Position numbers and translations under genes: made by a program
Shown: positions 37,240-49,775 of the stretch, piece after piece
Numbering within the stretch: the first letter of the stretch is position 1
Layout: each line of letters opens with the position of its first letter
Notes under the pieces: generated by a model
The model's database searches: none
Told to the model about the DNA's origin: nothing
Seen by the model: only the letters and a program-made list of their open reading frames with translations
From: Heteronotia binoei
Taxonomy: Eukaryota
Assembly (NCBI RefSeq): GCF_032191835.1
Contig: NC_083227.1
Coordinates: 119,846,001 to 119,910,000, forward strand
DNA length: 64,000 nt
Direction: 5' to 3'

Positions 37240-38330
37240 AGCCTCCGTTTCCTCATGTGTAAAACGGGACAGGGAGTATTGCTCGCAGATGCCCAGCGAG
37301 GAAAATAAAAGCCACTTCGCAAATGATAAAACAAAACCCTGCTGTGGATGAGATAACTAACGTGAGCCGGGCAGGGCGGGGGGTGTAAGGAAATGGCCAC
37401 ATAACTCTGCAATCAACCCCCTTGCAGGGCAAGCCAGATCAGCCCCGTCTCACCCTGTTTCCTGGGCTTGTTTGATTAAAGGGTGCCGTGGATTACCGTA
37501 AAACTCGGAGTGGGTCCGAAAGCGACGTGAAGAGAAGGGCTTCTCTTTTTTTGTCCCGGAAACGAACTTTGTTCAGGGAGAAAGCCTTTTTTTTGCAAAA
37601 ACGTCATTCCGGTGGCCTGCAGAGCAAGGTGACCCCTTTTGCAACCGGTGGACATTAAAACCCCCAGTAAATTGAGCCGTTCCCCCCCCTTTCCCAAGCC
37701 GCATGCAAAGCGCTGACTCCAAAGTATGCAACTCCTCCCCAGGAGCGCCTTCCTCCCGCCCTTCCCGGCTTGGGTGGAAAAGGGAAGGCGGAGCTTGCCT
37801 GGGAACGTGGCGGCCGGAGCTTGCAAAAGAAGGCGAAGCTCTTGGCTCGGCCGAGCTCTGCCCCGAATCATGCAGCTGCTGGCTGGAGGGCTTTTCAGGA
37901 AGCGGTATTTAAAAGCGCTCCAGAGGACCATGTGAGGGGCTCAGCAGTGGAGAGCGGTGCGGAGTGGAGCGAGCTTCGGCGGACGGGACATGGACGCTGC
38001 TTTGTCGCACAGGGAGCGGCCATCGGGGAGGGCTCGGTGAGCGCCTCCACGGCCGGAGCTCTGGGCTTCTCTCCTCTCCATTGTTGCATCAGGAGAAGAA
38101 GGGGCAGGGACTGGAGTGGAGTGGCGAGCCGGCCAGGCCCGGGAGCGTCGCTGGGGCTCGCCTTGGCCGTGCCTGCAAGGGAGCAGGAGGAGGGGATTGC
38201 GATGGGAGGGATTTTGGCGAACCCGGGATTTGATTGGTCCCGGGTTAGCCAACCCGTGAGGTGGGAATTTGGGGGCAGGGGCGGGACTTTCCTGGGTGGG
38301 CGGGACGATCTGGCCACCCTAGCAGAAAAG
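37240..38330. promoter_or_regulatory. CpG island, probable (possibly bidirectional) promoter
   Basis: GC- and CpG-rich non-repeat sequence. TATTTAAAAG at 37906-37915, GC boxes and ATTGG after 38220, plus-strand donor at 38037, minus-strand donors at 37496 and 37453. Confidence 0.8.
37990..38036 (+). CDS. Candidate first coding exon or uORF, MDAALSHRERPSGRA(R), phase-2 donor
   Basis: Strong Kozak context GGGACATGG about 75 nt after the TATA-like box, and CTCG|GTGAGC donor. Protein not recognised. Confidence 0.35.
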
Positions 38331-38358
38331 CCCTCAGTTTGTCTTGCTTTCCTTTCAG

Positions 38359-38376
38359 AGCAAGTAAGTGTGTGTC

Positions 38377-38416
<40 letters not shown>

Positions 38417-38474
38417 CGAGCGAGCACAGCCCCTGTATTTTCAGACATCTTTGTGGAAGAACCAGAGCCAGTAA

Positions 38475-38507
<33 letters not shown>

Positions 38508-38730
38508 TGAGCAAGCACAGCCCCTNNNNNNNNNNNNNNNNNNNNNNNNNNNNNNNNNNNNNNNNNNNNNNNNNNNNNNNNNNNNNNNNNNNNNNNNNNN
38601 NNNNNNNNNNNNNNNNNNNNNNNNNNNNNNNNNNNNNNNNNNNNNNNNNNNNNNNNNNNNNNNNNNNNNNNNNNNNNNNNCAGACATCTTTGTGGAGGAA
38701 CCAGAGCCAGTAAGTATGTGTGTGTGTGTG
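38359..38730 (+). repeat. Compound VNTR (about 107-bp unit containing (GT)n(GA)n) spanning an assembly gap
   Basis: GTAAGTGTGT...GAGAGA...GCACAGCCCCTGTATTTTCAGACATCTTTGTGGARGAACCAGAGCCA repeated either side of the Ns. Confidence 0.8.
38526..38680. other. Assembly gap (155 N)
   Basis: Run of N. Confidence 1.
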
Positions 38731-38759
38731 CTTGACTGAGAGCAAGAGCATGCTAAAGT

Positions 38760-39090
38760 ACAGTGTCTATGCTTGTTTTATGGGATGGAGGAAAACTCCA
38801 CCTCTCTCTCTTTTTATTTGCTAGTGTTAGCCTGAAGAACAGCAGTTCCTGTGAGTAAAGTCCCAGTGAGATCACAAAAAATGTGTGCTTGCAAACTCTG
38901 TGCATTTTGTCTGCTTTGTGTGTGTTCACTTTCATTTACTAGAATTGCAGCTATTGCAGGATGAGGAAATGATGACTATTCAGGTGAACTGCTCTGCTGT
39001 ATTTTTATGTATTTATTTTGGGAATGGGAAAGTCTCCTGGCTCCACCCCCAAAGTCCCCAGATATTTTCTGAATTAGACTTGGCAGCCCT
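38760..39090. mobile_element. Right part of an hAT element related to 39627-40249
   Basis: Parallel blocks GGAGGAAAACTCCACC, TTCACTTTCATTT and AAAGTCCCCAGATATTTTCTGA...TGGCAGCCCTA. Confidence 0.6.
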
Positions 39091-39626
39091 AGTAACTCTT
39101 CACAAGGCAAGGCTCAGTAGGAAGTCACTTTTCCCTATATCTCCCTATCCATAGCATTTCCACTTTTCCTCTTCCTAGCAACTGTCATATTCACACCTTT
39201 CAGTGCTTCCTTTTACCTTTCCCACTCAACCACCAAATAACCTTTCAGCTGCCCTCCAGCTATAATTATTTTTATTTACTTAATTTAAATCAGAGCTCTC
39301 TTCACAATGGGATACCAAAGCAGCTTGCAGCATTTTCATATCAATGAGGCAAGTTTTCCACTCTATGAGGCAACACTATGAGGCGTTAGCCTGAGAATGT
39401 GTAATTGGCCGAAGGTCACCCAGTTAGCTTCCATGGCAGAATTTTGGTTCAAATTCAGGTCTCTCAGATCCTACTCTGAAAATCTAACAACTATACTACA
39501 CTGGCTTTTATGAGGTGGATGCTCTTGAACATCAGCAAGTAGCCATGCCCAGCAGTTACTGTTGGGGCTGGTGGTCATGCAAGCCAGATGGTAAAAAGTA
39601 GTCTGTGGTTGCTGGTAGGCCTGGCT

Positions 39627-40249
39627 TAGACTTGCCAGTCCCCAGGTTTGGGTGGGGGATCCACTGGTTTTTCAGGCTCCTCTGCACTGCCAGCCAGCTG
39701 GCCAGTGGGGGGAATGCCCTACCCCAACAGCCACCATGTGCCTTCAAACCTTGGCAAGTTTAGAAGAGGTTTGCAACTGTTTGTGTTTCTGAATGTGTGT
39801 GTGTGCCTTTAAATCTCAACATGAGGAAAGCTGCAAGGGGTGAAGTGAGCTGACAGAGCCACATTGCTCTCAGTCCCTCTGTTTGGAGGAAAACTCCACC
39901 CCCTAGTCTGTTCTTTCATTTTCGTATTAGTCTGAAGAAGTTGGTTGAAATACAGCATATGGTTATATTCAGCAATATAAGTAAATTTCCCCAATTAGAT
40001 TATGAAAGTGTGTGCTTGCTAACTGTGTTTATTTTAGCTGCTTTGTGAGAGAGTGTGTATTCACTTTCATTTAGTGGAAGTATAGCTGCTGGGGGACAAG
40101 GAAATGAAAACTGTATTCAGGAGAACTGCAGTGCTGCATTTTTATTTATTTATTTATTAATGGGAAAGTCTCTTGGCTCTACCTCCAAAGTCTCCTGGTT
40201 CCATCATCAAAGTCCCCAGATATTTTCTGAGTTGGACCTGGCAACCCTA
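39627..40249. mobile_element. Non-autonomous hAT element (623 bp)
   Basis: TAGACTTGCCA...TGGCAACCCTA with a perfect 8-bp TSD, GCCTGGCT. Confidence 0.82.
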
Positions 40250-40300
40250 GCCTGGCTCCAGTGAGGCCTGAAAGGCCTAGACAATCCTGGAAAGGGCTCT

Positions 40301-40581
40301 GAGCCAGTTTGGTGTAGTGGTTAAGTGTGCGGACTCTTATCTGGGAGAACCGGGTTTGATTCCCTACTTTTCCATTCTACTGGAATGGCCTTGGGTCAGC
40401 CATAGCTCTTGTAGGAGTTGTCCTTGAAAGGGCAACTGCTGTAAGAGCTCTTTCAACCCCACTTACACAGGGTGTCTGTTGTAGGGGGTGGGGGGAAGGT
40501 AAAGAAGATTGTGACCACTCTCGTATGCTGAGATTCAGAGTATAAGGCAGGATATAAATCCAATATCTTCTTCAATCTTCT
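40301..40581 (+). mobile_element. Squam3-like tRNA SINE
   Basis: GAGCCAGTTTGGTGTAGTGGTTAAG...GGTTTGATTCCC, (TCT)n tail. Confidence 0.8.
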
Positions 40582-40727
40582 TTCCCCCATCTTTTACTGA
40601 CATAAAACAAGGTAATACTGTTTCCTGACAACAGCCACTGAGCACATCAGTTTCTTAAAGCTGCAAGTGCTCCTTTTATAATTTTCTGGGGTTTTAACCA
40701 CAACCCTCAATTTTTGTTTGTTTTAGA

Positions 40728-41095
40728 TTTAAGAAGTGGAAGCCATGCTCAAATGAAATGGCCAAGGAGTACATACTCCAGCAAAATGACTGCAAACTGA
40801 CAATAAAGCAAACAAAAAAACTTTTTGAAGAGAATATTGCTAAAAATGTTTACATAAATAATAGAAGTTTCTTTAAATACATCATAAATAGGAACTGGAA
40901 TAGCAGAAGATAATTGGAGCTATTCAGTTTAGAGAAACAATGACCAGGGCATGGGGCTTAATAGAGGTTTACAAAATTATGAGTGGTGTACCAGAAGTGG
41001 GTACAAATAATTTTTCTCTCTTTCTCCCATAATACTAGGGCACCTAATGAAGTTGACAAGAAGTAGTATCACGATGGACAAAAGTCTACATCGAA
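40728..41095 (+). mobile_element. Old CR1 fragments (linker region joined to 3' region)
   Basis: FKKWK...KLTIKQTKKLFEENIAKNV...FFKYI, then TTTTTCTCTCTTTCTCCCATAATACTAG...ATGAAGTTGA. Confidence 0.65.
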
Positions 41096-43034
41096 AAGTA
41101 TTGTTTAATATGTGTTGGGTTTTCACCTCAGTCTTTCCTAAAGGTTTGTGGTAAATAATGTTTATCATTTTATTCATGTAAGAAACTGTTACTATCCATG
41201 TATTGCAAGTGACAGGATGGGTGAAAATCTGATAGTAGCTGTAGTATACAACTTTCATTTGGCCACAGATTCACCAAAGAGCCCATTTATTCATTCTGCA
41301 CATGCAGTGAAGTTCCCTTCAATTAAAAGCAATACAGTAAAATGTCAGTGCCAAAATTTCAAGAGCAGCGATACAATTAGTATTAATATTAATAAAGACA
41401 TTAAAAGGGAAATTACTTAAATGTGACAATAAAGAGTTTAAAAAAAAAAAACAACCTGCTTAATCATTTTACTTCTTGAAGAAAATACATTAGGCTATAA
41501 AAAGACACTTACATCTCTGTAAATCAATTATGAAAATGTTAAGTGGTTTTGCATGTTTAAATAAATAAAAATTTATACAGCCTTCCCTTCTCCATGTATA
41601 TCATCCTTCTTTGCCATGACCTCCCCATCATATCCATCAATATTTTGATGACCTCCAGTTTCCACATGATTGAATTCTGTCCTATTCTTTGTCCTAATAG
41701 CCATCTTATATACTTCCTCTCAACTATTTCTTGGCACTTTAGCTTTCCCCCCTCCTTATAAAATATTTCCCCCCCTTTTGTTGTCTTTTTTTGTATTTGC
41801 CGTTAAAAAATACTTTCTTGTCTACACTCCTGGCTGATCATTTTTTCCCTTGTCCTAGTCCTAGTCAATGGAATGCTTCTGGCTGAAGACCAATGGCCAT
41901 TTCCTGCTAAACTTTTGCAATTTCAACAAGGGGAAAGAAACACATCTTTATTGACACTCTTGTATTCCCCCCTCCATTTGGCTCTACCCTGTTCTCTTTT
42001 GCCATTCTCCACTGTTTCTCTCACTCTAAACCTTGATCTTCATCCCTCATTGCCTTCTTCATTTGTTTCCTCTGCTCTTTCCTATTTATGAGTAAATATA
42101 TATGCATTCCACATTGTACATTAAAATTGCCTGCAGCAGTTCACAACAATTCTTAAATACATATCAATAAAAATAGGAACATCATAAAACAACTGAGTAG
42201 TAGCAAACTATTAACAAAGTCTCATATTAAAAACAGCAGAAGATAATACATTACAATCTCAAATCACAAAGCGGAAGCAAAGATTAAAAACACTAATAAT
42301 AATCTCATAAACCAGACAATAAAAATTAGCAGCAGTCAAACATGAGAGAAACACTAAATCTATTTCATTTTTATCCCATCCTTTCTTAGGAAAATGTACA
42401 TGATTATGTTGATTCTCATTCACCTTTATCCACCTTGTTATAAGAGCAAAATAACAGATTAACAGGGTCACACTCCTCATCTTTTCTTGTGAAGTTCATG
42501 CATTTGGGCAACCCAAACTGCTGTGTGTAGACTATTTCTAGCTTTTAGGAAGAGACAGTTCAACTCAAAATAAGCAACTTTTAAACCAAATTAAGAGTTT
42601 TCTGTGTGCATCCCTTCAGCTAATCTGGGCTGAAACAGTTTGATACCTTTTGCCTTAGTTGTGGAAACGTGTGACAATGACACCATGCATTTTCCTCCAC
42701 CAGTCTACATTATTGGCTACTTCTGGCTAGAGTTGGGGATCACATGAAACATCATATCATGTATTTGTTTCCAAACATCCACACTACAAACAGAGAAAGA
42801 TAGTATGGAACAAGAATATTTGACTCCACTCCTGCTCAACTGGGCTGTGAAACCACACCCCCAGGTAATGTATGCAGCCAGCTGTTCAGGAGCTTCCAGA
42901 AGGCTACAAAGCTGCTAGCAAACATATGTTGATGTTCACAATCTGGTCTGCTAACCTCTGGAAAGTAGTGACTGTGCTATGCAGACTGAATGGCATTTTT
43001 CAGAAATGAAGGTTATTTAAGTCCTCATATTGGA

Positions 43035-43130
43035 GACAGCTGGGGAAGACAATGGCAAACCACCCCGTAAAAAGTCTGCCACAATAACGCTGTGAAAGCA
43101 ATGTCAACCCAGAGTCAGTGATTTACCTTT
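43035..43130 (+). mobile_element. Sauria SINE 3' fragment
   Basis: CTGGGGAAGACAATGGCAAACCACCCCGTAAAAAGTCTGCC...ACCCAGAGTC. Confidence 0.75.
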
Positions 43131-46100
43131 AGTAGAGACAGCAAGAAGCAGCAAGGCAGATTTCTATAGACCAAAGGGAGGAGGAATAATAATAACAACA
43201 CAAAAAACAGATTAAAACCAACACTGAAACAGTACAACATCAGATTCCGTAAAAAGCATATGGTGTCAAAGTCCCAATAATGCCTCCATCTTGTGGCACT
43301 ATCTAAATCCCGGTGCTTGCTGCGGGGAGCGCAGTGAAAGTGTTACTTTAAATGCTTTTGGACAGGGACATCTTGTAAGTATGGGATGTTGGAGCTATGA
43401 TCACAGCATCTTGTTGATATTGTATTAAAATGGATGAAGTTTCTATGTTTACATTGTATTACAGATTTAAGAATTTACGGAGCACCCTATGCTGGAAGAG
43501 TTCTAGTCGAAGCAGGACATTCCAAAGTTGACAGCCTGCACATTAGAACTCCTTTTTGGAAGAAAATTTATGAATTCTTTTGACAATTTGTTTATTGTAT
43601 ATGTATATCAATATTACATCATAATTTGGTCACTATAACCATTGGTTGCTTATATTATTGTTCCTTAAATGACTTCTTTCCCTGTTGTCCTCAACTGAAT
43701 GCCTGGATGAATATCTCTGCCCTACAGGCCCTGCAAAAAAATAGTAAATCCCCCAAGGCCTGCATGAAATTTGGCAGAATGTTCCACCAGGTTGGGGTCA
43801 GGGTGATTGAGGTACTGGTCTCCTGGCTGGTCCCATGAAGTGTGGCACAAGCCACTCAAAGCCTGTCATTCCCTTCCAGTTGCCACAGGAGGAATTCGAC
43901 ATTTCAATTGATGCTGCCACTGATAGACATACAATTTATCAGGTCTGAAAAGCAGACCCTTCTGATTTTTGTAGTCAGAGTGGTAGTTTTCCAGATGCAG
44001 GTCCTGCCATGCCAAAAGCTAAGTGTCAGCTTAGGCAAACTGCAATGCCTAGGAAAAGGAGAAATCTGTTTATATTTAATAGATGTGACAGAATAGATGT
44101 TCTTGGAAAAGCAGGTGAACCTTCAATGCTTATGCAACCAAAGCAAGTTTTGAAAGCAGGACAGATTTGTAATGCCAAGCTTGAGCCAACTGCAGGATGA
44201 TGGGCAGCTGCAGTGCCAATCTATGGTCAGGATGGGGAGCCTTGGGTCATGAGTACAGCCTTACTTGCAACAGTAACCTGACTGCATTCTGTATTTGCTT
44301 ATGTTGAATTGATTGTATGTGTCCAGACATTTTAGGCTAATGGGAGAATGTATGATAGTATGTAAGGAAAGAAGGTGGACTGTAAGGTCCTAGCTGGCAT
44401 AAAGTGAAAGAATACCAAGTCCATGGTCTGGAAATCCCCAAAGTGTGCAAATAAATAACTAGAAGGGAGAAAAGGGGAAATTAGGAGAAGAATAAATGCC
44501 CTGGATGCTATGGATGCATGACTTAGGGGCATGAGGCACAGCCCAGAGGCCTGGTGCCAACTTTGTAAGGGAAAATTACCCTTGGGGCAGGCACTAGAGG
44601 AGGAGAATATAACATCTGTGCTGGCTCAAGACGAAGTCAGAAAATCTCTACTCAGATTTCTCCTGGTTGATCACTATTTGGTGTCATCAGCTGGCCACCT
44701 TGGGGTAAGTGTGTTTCATGTGGTTGAGCTTAATTGTAAGTAATTGATAGAGACTGCAACTTTAATTAAAGTAAACATGAGTCCTGTTTGTTCCTTCCAG
44801 TTTACCTAGAGCTCAAAAATGAGCCTCTGTAGATTGACTGAGATGGGAGAATTTGATCCCTCCTCCCTATCACCAGACCTCCATAGAATTTTATTTCTAA
44901 CACCAACCCCACATTTATAATGATGGTTAGTTATGCCATTTGTGAGTGAAGGTGGCTTTTCTGCTGTTTTTTTGCACAATTCATTGTGTTTTCCCCTCCC
45001 TCTCTAGTTCCACTCCTCTTTTATTCTGTGTCCTATAGATTTGTCTTTTCAGAAAAAGGAAGGGAGGAGGAAGAGGAGGAATATGCCAACAGGACATTTT
45101 GGCATTTATATTAATGTATCTTCATTATATATTTTATGTTTGTGTTCTCTTTTTCTTAGAATTGAATTTAAGTAAACTGCTAGGAAAGTAGAAGAAACTG
45201 GGGAAGAAGATCCTATTTCCCTTGTCTTCTATATGACCCTTGAGTTGCAAATGCCAGTCTCTATACACATGATTAGCATAAATATAATTCAAAACATCCT
45301 CCTTTTATCCTTGGACTATTCACAGAGTGAGCATGCATGGTAGAATGTGTCCTAGCTTTTGGTGAAAGGAGAAAATTACATTTTACTGGTATGATTTCAT
45401 TTCCTGTTTTGTGTCTGGCAAAAAACCTCAGTCTTTGTGAAAGTCCAGTTGCAGATTTGAACACTTATAATCTATGGACTCAAATGTGTGACTGAACAAC
45501 AATAATCTAAAGCAATGAGCAGGCATAGCCTCAGACAGGTAGCTATAAAAAAAAAGATAGTTGTGATGCAAATTGGTATGCATAGGAAAATTATACCCTG
45601 AATCATAGTACTGTAAAAATAGCAGAGGGACAAAATGTTAAGAACATGATTATGTTTCAAACATGTGATATAAATAACAAGAGGCTTAAGGAGGTTGAAA
45701 ATGTGTCACTAAAATAGCAGTGGGAGGTTGCCCTGTGAAATGATGGTGAAGGTAATTTGCCTAGGATTTTTTTTTCATGTAACAGCAAACTGAAAAAACA
45801 AACAAACAAAAAATACTACAAGACACTGCACAGAATCCTAACAATCATGTGTAGAAGGCACATAGAGTTTTCTTGCATTCTCCTCCATTGCTGCAGCTTT
45901 TTCTGTCCTTCATGCAGATTACCCCCAGGATCACAGAATCTCCACTGAGGAACAGCCATGAGAGCTGGTGCATGAGAGTGAAGAGGAGTAAGGGAAAGAA
46001 GCCATCCTCTCCTCTCAGTGTGGATGGGCATGCAGAAGGAGGAGGAGTTATTTCAAATCCTTCCCTCTTTACTCCAGCCCATCAACCTTCATGGCTGTTC

Positions 46101-46209
46101 CTCTCTGCAAACCCTGCAATCTCTGGACTGATCCCTCCGGGAGTCAAAAAGAGCCACAGCAGTAGAGAGGAACTTAGGGAAACCACACCCTAAGCATGAT
46201 AATCGTCAA

Positions 46210-46870
46210 GCGTTACAAATCAAGCTGCCCCTGAAAACTGTTCGAAAACTTCATTTGATACAGAATGCTGCCATTAGAATGGTGGTGAAAAGTGCCATCA
46301 AGTCACACCCAATTTATGGTAACCCTATTGGGTACAAGGCAAGAGATCTTCAGAGGTGGTTTACCATTGCCTGCCTCAGCATAGTGACCCAAGATTTCCT
46401 TGATGGTCACCCATCCAAATACTAATCAGAGCTGACCCTGCTTAGCTTCTGAGATATGATGAGACTAGGCTAGACTGGGCCATCCAGATCACAGCACCAT
46501 TAGAGTACTGACTGGCTTATGATGGTATGATTATGTAACACGGGATTCAACAGTTTCATTCACTACCTATTTGTTTCCAGGCACAATTTAAGGTAACAAT
46601 TGTTACTTTTAAAGTCCTTCATGGTCTGGGACCCAAATATCTCATGGGCTGCCTTTCCTCCTATCATCTTGTGTGCCAACTAAGATAATCAGGTGCCTTC
46701 TTTCTGACAGTACCCTCTATTTGGGAGGTTAATTCAGCTACAGTTCACATTATGGAACAGCTTGCCAGACATGATACAGAAAACTCCCGTACTTTCTTCC
46801 TTCTATAAAAAGTTCAGAGCAGAATTATTTCAACTCAGCTGTAGTGAAAGTATCTAATAACTAACAGGGC
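46210..46870 (+). mobile_element. Degenerate L2 fragment interrupted by an antisense 5S-SINE (about 46305-46495)
   Basis: LPLKTVRKLHLIQNAA and HSLPICFQAQFKVTIVTFKVLHGLGPKYL L2 motifs either side of the SINE. Confidence 0.65.
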
Positions 46871-46923
46871 ATTGTGGAAAAGTAGGATGTAAATATTTCA
46901 AATAAATAGGTGTGAGTGTGTGT

Positions 46924-46959
<36 letters not shown>

Positions 46960-47229
46960 TTGTAAACTGCTCTGAGACTGAGTGGGTGGCAGGGTATAAA
47001 TCCAATGTCCTTCTCCTCCTCCTTTTCTAGAAAATTTTAGATTATAACACTTATTTAATTGTAGAGCATTTCAAGTCTCAACAAGATTTGAGAGATACCA
47101 GTCCTGGCAATTATAATATGAGACTGCTGGAATAGATGATTTTGTCACAAAGCTTAAAAAATACCAAGCATTGTGGAGTTTGACCCATCTCAGGACATTA
47201 TGCTAAGGGACAAGATTGTATTCAGCATA

Positions 47230-47402
47230 ACTGAATAGCACCTGACGTTGTTTTATGATGTTTTATATGCTTTTATTTAAGATGTACTTTATATTTTCTA
47301 TGTTATGATTTATTAATACTGGTTTTTAATGACCTTTCAATGTGAGCTGCCCCGAGCCTGCTTCGGCGGGGAGGGTGGGATATAAGTTGAATGAATGAAT
47401 AA
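47230..47402 (+). mobile_element. L2-like 3' tail
   Basis: T-rich UTR followed by GTGAGCTGCCCCGAGCC...GGGATATAAG and (TGAA)n. Confidence 0.5.
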
Positions 47403-47572
47403 CTGATTGCAAGCTTAAGGAAAAACTTGTAGGGAAACATGTATTGACCCCCCCCCCCCCGCAAAAAAAAATATAGCTATGTATATAGTACAAAATATCA
47501 TATATAATTATTCAAAAGTGCTTAAAATATTATTAAAAACCTCAATCCTTTGGTTCTGCATCTGTATATAAG

Positions 47573-47864
47573 GAAAAACGTAAAGGTAGTCCCCTGTGCA
47601 AGCACTAGTCGTTTTCGACTCTGGGGTGATGTTGCTTTCACAGTGTTTTCATGACAAACTTTTTATGGGGTGGTTTACCATTGTCATCTACACTTTCCCC
47701 CCAGCAAGTTGGGTACTCATTTTACCAACCTCAGAAGGATGGAAGGCTGAGTCGACCTGGAAGCCGGCTACCTGAACCAGCTTTTGCTGGGATCGAACTC
47801 AAGTCATCAGTAGAGGGCGTGGACTGCAGTACTGCAGCTTTAGCACTCTGGGCCATGGGGCTCT
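47573..47864 (-). mobile_element. Full-length Sauria SINE
   Basis: Reverse complement runs from the tRNA-like head GAGCCCCATGGCCCAGAGTG to the BovB-like tail CTACCTTTAC. 12-bp TSD TCTGTATATAAG. Confidence 0.88.
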
Positions 47865-48255
47865 TCTGTATATAAGTACCTACTCTTAATTTAGAGGCAA
47901 ATGTCCCATAATATAATTACAGGTTAAAAGGTACAAATTATATCCATATACAAGAACCAATACCAAACACATTTCAACTAAAAGCCTTCCTCAGTGGTAA
48001 AATTCAAACTGAGCACTCCATAAATTTAACAAGAATATACATAAAACTCATCATATACAGATTGGAACTAAAATGAAAGGAAGGGAAGCAAAAAGCAAAA
48101 AAAAGAATTTTTTTAAATATATTTTGAAATATATGGAACTTGCATAACTACTTACACCGAGATGTTCACCCATAGAGTAACTGGTGATAGATATTCATGA
48201 GATGTAATGTGGGCAACTCATCATGATGTACAATATTTCATATGCTCATGGATCT

Positions 48256-49775
48256 TTATTACAGTCATAGACCAATATAAAAACTATAACACATCATATA
48301 AAACCCTCCTAAAATACCTAAGATAGTATAAAATACCCTCCTAAAAAAACATAAAATACAATAAAATACATAAACATTTCCCCACCTATACAATCCAAGA
48401 TAACTAAAATATAATTGAACCAATTTTAAAATTCAAGTCAGTTCCAATTTATATAAATCCTTTAAATCAGAGTATATAAAAACATTTATAAACTAAAATT
48501 CCAAGAGATCATACAAGACATGCAGTTTCTTGTTTCTTAGTTTGGAACTTCACAAGATAATGGCAAAATTTGGCTATCTGTCTAGAGATAGTTGGACTTG
48601 CATCCACCAAAAGTTTCTCCAAACATGCCTAGTCCGCGTCTGCCATTGGTTTAACTACAAACGGGGAAACAACCTATCCCTCTGTACTTGGTGGAAAGGG
48701 CATCGAAAAAACATATGAGTCATCGACTCCACCTCTCCCATAGCACAAGGACAGCGTCGGTCTTCATACGGGACTTTTCTATATTTCCCTTCTAGCACCT
48801 TTGAGGGCATGGCTGCGCATCGAGCCAACGTAAAGGCTCTTCTGTGGGCTGGTACCTCCAAATAAAAAAAGTACTTGGCCGTCCTCATAACATATTTGGT
48901 CTCAGTAGCTGCTAAAAAAGAGGGGGCCTGTTCTAGATCTCTTTGTCTCTCTATATCGCAGATTCTTTGTTTGATAATACTTTTTGCTTTGGCATAGCTC
49001 TGCGCCAAGAGGTTTTCAAGTGAGAATCCTATACTTTCTAAGTTGCTTCTGACCAATTGCAGCCACCTTGGCCTATAGGGGTCTTGAGTTATTAAAGGGA
49101 AGAGGCCTTTTTTGTTTTTATGGATCCTTAGCCATTGACATGCCGAAGATAACATAATTCTGGCCTCAATTCTCATTTGCCCAGTTTCTAAACGCAAAAG
49201 GGCATTTGACACACCTGGCGGAAGCTGCAAAACGTTACGAAGAAATTTAGATTGCACTTTCTCGAGAGCCTTCAGTTTTTTAGCCGAAATGCCCAGGTTA
49301 ATACCATAGAGCAATTGTGTTAACACTTTGTATTGGAACAGTTTCAGTGCTGCCGGAACATAGAAGGCCCCCTTAGAGCGAAAAAATCTCAGGATAGCGT
49401 ACATTGTTTTCTCAGCTTTCTCCACCCTCATATTACAATGTTCAGTATAGGCACCTGTATTCTGAATTACCATTCCCAAATAAGTAAATTTTGTTACTTG
49501 TTCTATTTTCTTCCCTTTCATAGTCCAATACCTCTTCTTGGCTTTTTTGCCAAATGCCATCACTTTTGTTTTTTCAAAGTTTATTACCAACCGTTCATTT
49601 TTGCAGTACTTAACAAAGCTGTCTAATGCTCTCCGCAACCCAATAGGTGTTCTAGATAACAGTACCACATCGTCTGCATATAGCAGTACTGGAAGATGGC
49701 GAAGAGCCAGCTTTGGGGGGTGAAATTTAGTATCAGTCATATGTTCCACCATATCACTGATATAGTAGTTAAATA
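48256..49775 (-). mobile_element. 5'-truncated non-LTR retrotransposon, RTE-X-like
   Basis: RT ORF, AT-rich 3'UTR ending GGTCTATGACTGTAATAAA, short direct repeat GGATCT at 48250 and 49776. Clade assignment from memory of motifs. Confidence 0.7.
48655..49752 (-). CDS. Non-LTR RT C-terminal fragment with Cys/His knuckle (365 aa, stop-free)
   Basis: LLYADDVVLLS, NFEKTKVM, FTYLG, RRAFTLAR and CPC...ESMTHMFFRC. Confidence 0.82.
   Translation of the reverse strand: MVEHMTDTKFHPPKLALRHLPVLLYADDVVLLSRTPIGLRRALDSFVKYCKNERLVINFEKTKVMAFGKKAKKRYWTMKGKKIEQVTKFTYLGMVIQNTGAYTEHCNMRVEKAEKTMYAILRFFRSKGAFYVPAALKLFQYKVLTQLLYGINLGISAKKLKALEKVQSKFLRNVLQLPPGVSNALLRLETGQMRIEARIMLSSACQWLRIHKNKKGLFPLITQDPYRPRWLQLVRSNLESIGFSLENLLAQSYAKAKSIIKQRICDIERQRDLEQAPSFLAATETKYVMRTAKYFFYLEVPAHRRAFTLARCAAMPSKVLEGKYRKVPYEDRRCPCAMGEVESMTHMFFRCPFHQVQRDRLFPRL

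Larger units (their letters stand above)
39264..40730 (+). repeat. Dispersed repeat copy F with antisense SINE (39264-39504), split by two later insertions
   Basis: ACTACACTGG|CTTTTATGAGGTGGATGCTC...AGCAAGTAG. The unit resumes after 40249 and after 40581. Confidence 0.6.

Noticed and set aside
37476-38751. Long ORFs over the CpG island
   Set aside because: Expected in GC-rich DNA. Several run through microsatellites and Ns.
44000-44743. Protein-like stretches (e.g. MRHSPEAWCQLCKGK...) with a GTAAGT donor
   Set aside because: Many stops in all frames and no recognisable domain. Could be a decayed TE but I cannot support it.
48195-48235. Possible second hammerhead in the Penelope 3' region
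   Set aside because: The core reads CAUGAUGAG...AUGAAU, without intact CUGA and GAAA.
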